Positions 53,327-60,218 of a DNA stretch of 64,000 nt are shown piece by piece. Positions within the stretch are counted from its first letter, which is position 1. Every line of letters begins with the position of its first letter. This DNA is from Bacteroidales bacterium. GTDB taxonomy: Bacteria; Bacteroidota; Bacteroidia; Bacteroidales; UBA932. Below the pieces are notes generated by a model. It was not told where the DNA came from. It made no database searches and worked only from the letters and a program-made list of their open reading frames with translations. The stretch covers positions 3,258 to 67,257 of the forward strand of contig JBAZDQ010000007.1 in the NCBI GenBank assembly GCA_041654355.1. The letters are read 5' to 3'. A program made the position numbers and the translations under genes.

Positions 53327-56281
53327 ATGCAATTTTACAGCCCGGATTACACGCAGTTGATGGAAAAGCGTATACGGCGTATCCTTATGATATGCAGCAG
53401 TTACGACGCTTACATCCTGGAAGAGGACGGACAAATAGACGTTCAGATCCAAAAAGAATACAGTGACCTGAATATCAGCAACCCGCCTTCTTTTTCCTGG
53501 GTAACCACATCTGAAGAAGCCCACACGTTGCTTCATAACGGGGAAGATTTTGACCTGATCATCTGCATGTTCAACATAGGGGACATGGATGTATTCAGTT
53601 TTGCACGCAATTTGCGAGAAGAAGGCTCAGAAACTCCTATAGTACTGTTGTCCAACTATTCCAGGGAATTCAAAAACCGCATAGAACAGGAGGACTGCTC
53701 GGCCATCAATTACATATTCAGCTGGCACGGCAACGCAGACCTCATCCTTGCCATTGTCAAACTTTTGGAAGACACCATGAATGCCGAGGAAGACATCCTC
53801 CATTCGGGAGTACAGTGCATCTTGCTGGTGGAAGACTCGGTAAGGTATTATTCCACTTACCTGCCTGCCATTTACAAACTTGTTTTGAAACAAAGTGCCG
53901 AGTTTTTGAAGGAAACGCTCAATGACCAGCAGCAAAAGACACGGAAAAGAGCCCGCCCCAAGATATTTCTGGCCACTAATTACGAAGATGCCGTGGCTCA
54001 TTACGAGAAATTTAAGAACAACCTGCTGGGTGTCATCTCCGATGTGGGATTTATCCTGCATAAGAACGATCCTTCCGATACCGAAAAACTGGATGCCGGT
54101 ATAGATCTGTGCCGCATGATCCGCCAGGACGATCCCCAGATGCCTATCTTGCTGCAATCTTCCCAGCAAAGCATGAGAAAGATAGCCCGCGAACTGGGTG
54201 TCGGTTTTTTGATGAAAGATTCCAAGGCCTTGTTGATGGAATTGAGTGAGTACATTGGTGAAGAATTTGCGTTTGGCGATTTTGTAGTTCGTAACCTGGT
54301 TACCGGGGAAGAAATAGCACGTACCAAAAACCTGCGCGAATTACAATCGCTCATCAAGCAGATCCCGGACAAGGAACTGCTCTACCACACTTCCCGGAAC
54401 AGGCTTTCCAAGTGGCTGTTTGCCAGGGGGCTGTTCAATTTGGCCAGACCCATCAGGGATGCCATGCCATCTGATTTTGAAAATGTTACCGAATTACGGG
54501 AATTCATAATTGCCCTTATTAAGGAATACCGTTTTGTTAACGGGCAGGGAGTAATAGCCCGTTTTGACAAGGACACGTACAGCCGTTATATCACATTTGC
54601 CCGTATAGGGGAAGGTTCCCTGGGCGGTAAAGCACGCGGCCTGGCCTTTCTGAACAGGCTTTTGGTAAAATACAACCTCAGCCACAAATACAAAGGAGTC
54701 TTTGTGACCATACCCCAGACCATTGTCATAGCTGCCGATTATTTTGACACGTTTATGGTAGATAACGGGTTGCGTTATGTAGTTAATACAGAAGGCATCA
54801 CAGATGAAGAGATACTTTCTGAATTTGTCAGTTCCCGCCTGCCTATAGAAATGCAGAACCAACTGAGGATCTTTTTGGACAAGGTGAACAAACCCCTGGC
54901 TGTCAGATCCAGCTCTAAACTGGAAGACTCACTTTTTCAGCCTTTTGCCGGTATATATTCCACTTATATGTTGCCTTTGACGGAAAATAAGGACCAAATG
55001 TTACGACTTTTGAGCAAAGCAATCAAGAGCGTCTATGCTTCAGTCTTTTTCGCCGCCAGTCGCAATTACATTCAGACAACGGCAAATCTGCTGAGCGAGG
55101 AAAAAATGGCCCTGGTTATACAAACCCTTTGCGGGACGGAAGAAAACGGGTATTTCTTTCCTACTTTGTCGGGACTGGCCCGTTCCGTAAATTATTACCC
55201 CATAGGCCACGAAAAACCCGATGACGGCATAGTCAGTATGGCCTACGGATTGGGAAAACTGGTTGTGGAAGGAGGTAGGGCATTGCGCTTTTCGCCGCGT
55301 TATCCCCGCAACGTAATGCAGACGATGAACCCCAAAAGCGCCCTCAACGAAACGCAAAACGTAATGTACGCGCTGAACCTGCGCCCCGAGGAATTCAAGA
55401 CTTCCATTGACGATGGGGTGAACATCCAAAAATTTACAATTGCCCAATCATCGGCTTTTCGCAACATCAGCCACGTGGCCTCTACCTGGGACATGGACAA
55501 TGACATACTGGTGCCCGGAACTCATCTGAAAGGTCGCAGGGTGATTACATTTGATAATATTCTTCAGAATGATACCATACCACTGGCAACTATTTTAGCT
55601 GATTTACTGGAGATCTGTCGCAACGAAATGCGTTGTCACGTGGAAATTGAATTTGCCGTAAACATGGATGTGCCTGCCGAACACGATGCCATTTTTAATT
55701 TATTACAAGTGCGTCCCATTACCGATTATGGAGAAAACACAGAATTCAACTGGGAAGAAGCAGACATACAAAAAGCCCTTATATATTCTGAAAATGTGCT
55801 GGGTCCAGGTGATATTGAGGGAGTTACGGATGTTGTTTACGTACGCACCCATGTGTTTGACAGCCGCAATACAATAGGGTATGCACAGGAACTGGAAGAA
55901 CTTAATCGCATAATGAAAGAAGAACACCGAACCTACGTTCTTATAGGTCCGGGAAGGTGGGGGTCATCGGATCCCTGGCTGGGGATCCCCATAAACTGGA
56001 ATAATATTTCCGAAGCCCGGGTGATCGTAGAATGCAGTCTGGAAAACTTCCAGGTAGACCCCAGCGAAGGAACCCACTTTTTCCACAACCTCACATCCCT
56101 GGGAGTTGGATATATGAATGTCAAACCTTTCCGCAGTGAAGGTGTTTTCAATGAAGCATTTCTCAATAAAATGGACGCCTGGTATGAAAGCGACGCCATT
56201 AGGGCAGTCAGGTTCCCGAAGGAACTTACCATCAATGCCGACGGCCGGTTACGCAAAGGAATCGTAATTCCCGCAAAATAA
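53327..56281 (+). CDS. REC-like + REC + PEP/pyruvate-binding (PPDK_N, ATP-grasp) domain protein
   Basis: N-terminal receiver-like fold (RILMICSSYDAYILEEDG), a second receiver (CILLVEDS...GVISDVGF...), and a PPDK_N signature (GEGSLGGKARGLAFLN...AVRSSSKLEDS). No phosphohistidine swivel or TIM-barrel motifs were seen. Confidence 0.75.
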   Translation: MQFYSPDYTQLMEKRIRRILMICSSYDAYILEEDGQIDVQIQKEYSDLNISNPPSFSWVTTSEEAHTLLHNGEDFDLIICMFNIGDMDVFSFARNLREEGSETPIVLLSNYSREFKNRIEQEDCSAINYIFSWHGNADLILAIVKLLEDTMNAEEDILHSGVQCILLVEDSVRYYSTYLPAIYKLVLKQSAEFLKETLNDQQQKTRKRARPKIFLATNYEDAVAHYEKFKNNLLGVISDVGFILHKNDPSDTEKLDAGIDLCRMIRQDDPQMPILLQSSQQSMRKIARELGVGFLMKDSKALLMELSEYIGEEFAFGDFVVRNLVTGEEIARTKNLRELQSLIKQIPDKELLYHTSRNRLSKWLFARGLFNLARPIRDAMPSDFENVTELREFIIALIKEYRFVNGQGVIARFDKDTYSRYITFARIGEGSLGGKARGLAFLNRLLVKYNLSHKYKGVFVTIPQTIVIAADYFDTFMVDNGLRYVVNTEGITDEEILSEFVSSRLPIEMQNQLRIFLDKVNKPLAVRSSSKLEDSLFQPFAGIYSTYMLPLTENKDQMLRLLSKAIKSVYASVFFAASRNYIQTTANLLSEEKMALVIQTLCGTEENGYFFPTLSGLARSVNYYPIGHEKPDDGIVSMAYGLGKLVVEGGRALRFSPRYPRNVMQTMNPKSALNETQNVMYALNLRPEEFKTSIDDGVNIQKFTIAQSSAFRNISHVASTWDMDNDILVPGTHLKGRRVITFDNILQNDTIPLATILADLLEICRNEMRCHVEIEFAVNMDVPAEHDAIFNLLQVRPITDYGENTEFNWEEADIQKALIYSENVLGPGDIEGVTDVVYVRTHVFDSRNTIGYAQELEELNRIMKEEHRTYVLIGPGRWGSSDPWLGIPINWNNISEARVIVECSLENFQVDPSEGTHFFHNLTSLGVGYMNVKPFRSEGVFNEAFLNKMDAWYESDAIRAVRFPKELTINADGRLRKGIVIPAK

Positions 56282-56372
56282 ATTTAAACCCTGACCACAG
56301 TCAAAATTTTTTATTCCTTTTTTTCCCACCATCCCCCCAAAAAAAATCCCCCTGCTGGGAGTGTTTCAGGAC

Positions 56373-56915
56373 TGACCAGGGGCAAAAACCCTAGTAATCT
56401 GCCCCTGGTGGGTATGTTTCAAGGCTGACCAGGGGCATAAAACCCCTAAAAGTGCCCCTGGTCATGATACCCAAATAACGTGAATTTTCCCAAGTCTCAC
56501 ATCCAGTGTAATTTACAAATTTGCACATAAATCAGTCATAAGCACCAGGGGCAAAAACCCCAGTAAACTGCCCCTGGTGGGTATGTTACGGGGCTGACCA
56601 GGGGCAAAAACCCCCTAAAAGTGCCCCTGGTCATGATACCCAAATAACGTGAATTTTCCCAAGTCTCACATCCAGTGTAATTTACAAATTTGCACATAAA
56701 TCAGTCATAAGCACCAGGGGCAAAAACCCCAGTAAACTGCCCCTGGTGGGTATGTTTCAAGGCTGACCAGGGGCAAAACCCCGGTAATCTGCCCCTGGTC
56801 ATGATTCTCAATTAACGTGGATTTTGCTAAGTGCCACATCCACAGCAACTTACAAGTTTGCCCATAAATCAGTCATAAGCACTAGGGGCAAAAACCCCAG
56901 TAAACTGCCCCTGGT
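56373..56915 (+). repeat. Tandem hairpin array, family A (3.3 copies of a 169-bp unit; 7 stem-loops)
   Basis: Stems ACCAGGGGCA / TGCCCCTGGT with 14-16-nt A/C-rich loops lie at 56375-56409, 56426-56464, 56544-56578, 56595-56633, 56713-56747, 56764-56801 and 56881-56915. Paired hairpins are 53 bp apart and pairs are separated by a 79-nt spacer. Confidence 0.9.
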
Positions 56916-56931
56916 GGGTATGTTTCAAGGC

Positions 56932-57246
56932 TGACCAGGTACGAAAACAGGGCAAAAGTGCGCCTGGTGGGCACGATTTAGGGTTGACCAGGTACGAAAA
57001 CAGGGTAAAAGTGTGCCTGGTGGGCACGATTTAGGGTTGACCAGGTACGAAAACAGGGTAAAAGTGTGCCTGGTCATTATTGTCAACAATTGTTAATTTC
57101 ATCAAACACCACATATATAGTGACTTACGATATCATCCGTTTGGTCAGATGGAAGCACCAGGTACGAAAACAGGGTAAAAGTGTGCCTGGTGGGCACGAT
57201 TTAGGGTTGACCAGGTACGAAAACCCAAAAAAAACGTACCTGGTCA
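56932..57246 (+). repeat. Tandem hairpin array, family B (5 stem-loops, same 53-bp register)
   Basis: Stems ACCAGGTAC(G) / (C)GTGCCTGGT or CGTACCTGGT lie at 56934-56968, 56987-57021, 57038-57076, 57157-57191 and 57208-57246. The linker GGGCACGATTTAGGGT recurs, with an 80-nt spacer between 57077 and 57156. Confidence 0.9.
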
Positions 57247-57338
57247 TAGTTCCCAAATATTGGAAAATTTATCAAACACCTAAAAGATAGTTTCTTATGG
57301 AAATCCACATGGGATTAGCCGGTATAAGGTGTAAAACC

Positions 57339-57375
57339 CCGGAAGAATATACCGGAAGAATATACCGGAAGAATA
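57339..57375. repeat. 13-bp tandem repeat CCGGAAGAATATA x ~2.8
   Basis: Copies at 57339-57351, 57352-57364 and 57365-57375 (truncated into an A-run). It directly abuts the 3' end of rnpB. Confidence 0.8.
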
Positions 57376-57381
57376 AAAAAA

Positions 57382-57709
57382 CGGAGGGCCTGTAAGCCGG
57401 GTTCTGTCGAACTCCCATCATTTGTCTAAGCAGCCTACCCCCCGGCATAGGACGGGCAGTCCTAATATTGCCGGTATACTTGGCCTTGCAGGAGACCGGT
57501 GCCTGCGTCAACGGCCGTCGCCGACCGTTACGGTGGGCTCTTACCCCGCCTTTTCACCCTTACCCGGGTCCGAAGACCCAGGCGGTTATTTTCTGTCAAG
57601 CGATCCCTGACCTTACGACCAGCTGTGATTTCCACAGGATCCCGCCCTTTCCTGCCCGGACTTTCCTCCCTTTTCCAAATGGAAAAGAGCGATGGGACAG
57701 CCCTCCGCG
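57382..57709 (-). ncRNA. rnpB: RNase P RNA (bacterial type A)
   Basis: The reverse complement contains the universal GGAGGAAAGTCCGGGC (plus strand 57654-57669), GGTAAGGGTGAAA, and ACAGAACCCGGCTTACAGGCCCTCCG at the 3' end. P1 pairs CGGAGGGC with GCCCTCCG, followed by a T7 run. End positions are +/- a few nt. Confidence 0.9.
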
Positions 57710-57713
57710 GTCA

Positions 57714-57721
57714 CAAAGTTA
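57714..57721 (-). promoter_or_regulatory. -7 promoter box (TAACTTTG on minus strand) for rnpB
   Basis: Plus strand reads CAAAGTTA. The predicted start falls ~5 nt downstream, coinciding with the start of the P1 helix. Confidence 0.55.
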
Positions 57722-57762
57722 AAAAAAAGTCCTTACATTAGCGGTTTGAAAAAAACTGTCTT

Positions 57763-59382
57763 ATGGCCACTAAATATGTCTTCGTAACCGGAGGTGTGAC
57801 TTCTTCTTTGGGAAAAGGCACCATCGCAGCATCACTTGCTAAACTACTTCAAGCCAGGGGGCTGAAGGTGACAATACAAAAATTTGATCCCTACATAAAC
57901 GTGGATCCGGGGACGTTGAACCCTTACGAACACGGAGAATGTTACGTTACAGAAGACGGAGCGGAGACAGACCTGGACCTGGGCCACTACGAACGTTTTC
58001 TGGGCGTCTATACCACAAAGGCCAGCAACGTGACTACCGGCAAGATTTACCAGACTGTAATCGACAAAGAACGCGAAGGCGCATATCTCGGCAAAACCGT
58101 TCAGGTAATTCCACACATTACCGATGAGATCAAACGCCGCATGCTCCTGTTGGGGAAGACCGGAAAATACGACATTGTGATTACCGAGATCGGGGGCACT
58201 GTTGGTGATATTGAATCCCTTCCGTTTGTGGAAGCAGTTCGCCAGTTACAATGGGAGTTGCCGGAAGAAAAATGTGCTGTCATACACCTCACACTGGTGC
58301 CTTACCTGGCAGCTGCCAAGGAATTGAAGACAAAACCGACTCAGCACTCGGTCAGGCAGTTACAACAGGAGGGTGTGAATCCGGATGTGATCGTATGCCG
58401 CACGGAAAGACCGCTCCCGCTGGCTATGCGCAAGAAAGTAGCCCTGTTTTGCAACGTGCGTCCTTATGCCGTCATTGAGTCTCTGGACCAGAAGAGTATA
58501 TACGAAGTGCCGCTGAACCTGCAGCGTCAGAACCTGGACGGAATATTACTGGATCTTCTGAAGATCGAGAACAAAGTGGAACCCCGCCTGGAAGCATGGA
58601 AACAGTTTATTGACCGAGTATACCACCCGCACAAAAAAGTGGATATTGCCCTGGTAGGAAAATACGTGGAATTACAAGACGCTTACAAATCCATATTGGA
58701 ATCGTTCATACATGCCGGTGCGGCCAATGACACCAAAGTAAAAGTACATACCATACAAAGTGAAAATATCACAGAACAGAATGTAAATGAGAAGCTTGCG
58801 GGTATGAAAGGGATCTTGGTGGCTCCCGGATTCGGGTCGCGTGGTACGGATGGCAAACTATTTGCTTGTAAATATGCAAGAGAGCACAAGATCCCGTTCC
58901 TGGGCATTTGCCTGGGCATGCAGATGGCTGTATTGGAATTTGCCCGTAATGTTGCCGGAATTCCGCATGCTGCCAGCGTAGAGATAGTTCCCAAGACCGA
59001 GTTTCCGGTCATTGACCTGATGGAAGATCAAAAACGCCTGACCAGCAAAGGCGGTACCATGCGGCTGGGTGCCTACGAGTGCCGAATAGAAAAAGGGTCA
59101 CTGGCCTATAAAGTTTACGGGAAGCAGGTGATACAGGAAAGACACCGCCATCGTTATGAATTGAATGATTGTTATGCAGAAATACTGGAAAAGGCAGGTC
59201 TGAAAGCAACCGGAAGGAATCCGGAAACAGGGCTGGTAGAGATCGTTGAAATAAAGGATCATCCGTTTTATATTGGTGTCCAGTTTCATCCTGAATTAAA
59301 AAGTACTCCGGAAAATCCGGCTCCGCTCTTCCGCTCTTTTGTTGCAGCTGCTCTCCGCTACCTGGAAAGTGAAAATAAATGA
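57763..59382 (+). CDS. pyrG: CTP synthase
   Basis: MATKYVFVTGGVTSSLGKG, a GATase domain with GICLGMQ, and HRHRYE. Confidence 0.95.
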   Translation: MATKYVFVTGGVTSSLGKGTIAASLAKLLQARGLKVTIQKFDPYINVDPGTLNPYEHGECYVTEDGAETDLDLGHYERFLGVYTTKASNVTTGKIYQTVIDKEREGAYLGKTVQVIPHITDEIKRRMLLLGKTGKYDIVITEIGGTVGDIESLPFVEAVRQLQWELPEEKCAVIHLTLVPYLAAAKELKTKPTQHSVRQLQQEGVNPDVIVCRTERPLPLAMRKKVALFCNVRPYAVIESLDQKSIYEVPLNLQRQNLDGILLDLLKIENKVEPRLEAWKQFIDRVYHPHKKVDIALVGKYVELQDAYKSILESFIHAGAANDTKVKVHTIQSENITEQNVNEKLAGMKGILVAPGFGSRGTDGKLFACKYAREHKIPFLGICLGMQMAVLEFARNVAGIPHAASVEIVPKTEFPVIDLMEDQKRLTSKGGTMRLGAYECRIEKGSLAYKVYGKQVIQERHRHRYELNDCYAEILEKAGLKATGRNPETGLVEIVEIKDHPFYIGVQFHPELKSTPENPAPLFRSFVAAALRYLESENK

Positions 59383-60137
59383 TAAAGTACCTGTACATAA
59401 AGATCCTTTTGTTGTCCACAATTTTATTGGGAACGGCTTCATCCGGAATACCGCGTTACGGTTACCGTATAGAGGAAGTGTTGCCACATAATATCAGTTC
59501 TTATACACAGGGATTCTTTTACCATAACGGGTTTTTCTACGAAAGTACAGGACAGTACGGCCGGTCCATGATTGCCCAGGTAGAAGTCAACACCGGTCGT
59601 GTTTTGAAATCGCATGCCCTGGACCGCAACTATTTTGGGGAAGGGGCCTGTCTGCTGGACGGACTTATTTACCAGCTTACCTGGACCGAACGGACCTGTT
59701 TCATTTACGATGCCCAAACCTTCAATTTGTTGGGCACACGCCGCTATAATCGCCAGGGATGGGGGCTGACTACGGACGGAACGGATTTGATCATGAGCGA
59801 CGGAAGTTCCACACTCTATTACCTGGATCCGAATTCTCTGATAGATAAACGTACCGTAGAAGTGACCCTGGAAGGCAGAGAAGTTGAAAATCTGAATGAA
59901 TTAGAGTATATTGACGGAGAAATCTGGGCAAACATCTACCTGAGTGATGATATTGTGCGGATAAACCCGGAAACAGGAAAAGTGACAGGTGTTATAAACC
60001 TCAAAGGCATATTACCTGCCTCGCTGCGCAAACCGTCCACCGACGTATTGAACGGAATTGCTTACGATGCCCAAACAGAAAGTATATGGATAACGGGGAA
60101 ATACTGGCCCCGGGTATATAAAATTTCATTGAAATAA
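59379..60137 (+). CDS. Glutaminyl-peptide cyclotransferase (beta-propeller, plant/bacterial type)
   Basis: The pattern YTQGFFYHNGFFYESTGQYGRS...LTWTERTCFIYD...GWGLTTDG...ELEYIDGEIWANI matches the Glu_cyclase_2 family. Confidence 0.8.
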   Translation: MIKYLYIKILLLSTILLGTASSGIPRYGYRIEEVLPHNISSYTQGFFYHNGFFYESTGQYGRSMIAQVEVNTGRVLKSHALDRNYFGEGACLLDGLIYQLTWTERTCFIYDAQTFNLLGTRRYNRQGWGLTTDGTDLIMSDGSSTLYYLDPNSLIDKRTVEVTLEGREVENLNELEYIDGEIWANIYLSDDIVRINPETGKVTGVINLKGILPASLRKPSTDVLNGIAYDAQTESIWITGKYWPRVYKISLK

Positions 60138-60141
60138 CAAA

Positions 60142-60214
60142 GTTTCAGGGGTGCCCCACAACGGGCTGAGAAAATACCCTTTGAACCTGATCCGGGTAAT
60201 ACCGGCGGAGGAAA
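60142..60214 (+). promoter_or_regulatory. TPP (THI-box) riboswitch
   Basis: CAGGGGTGCCCCACAACGGGCTGAGAAAATACCCTTTGAACCTGATCCGGGTAATACCGGCGGAGGAA matches the conserved GGGGTGC...CTGAGA...ACCCTTTGAACCTGATC.GG.TAATRCC.GCG.AGGAA core. Boundaries are approximate. Confidence 0.85.
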
Positions 60215-60218
60215 AACT

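Noticed and set aside
56410-56472. Outer helix GGGTAT...ATACCC extending the second hairpin of each family A pair
   Set aside because: It is present in the first two (identical) units only. The third unit (TGATTCTC) and the family B units do not preserve it, so there is no covariation support.
57066-57290. 74-aa ORF inside the hairpin array, and ORFs 57272-57511(-), 57422-57610, 57468-57722 and 57499-57741
   Set aside because: They are built from repeat sequence or lie across the RNase P RNA gene. They have no start context or protein-like composition and are better explained by the RNA and repeat features.
56347-57300. CRISPR array interpretation of the repeated ~35-bp palindromic units
   Set aside because: The 'spacers' alternate between 16 nt and ~80 nt and are themselves repeated (two are identical). 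The repeats fall into two diverged families. No cas genes are present in the window.
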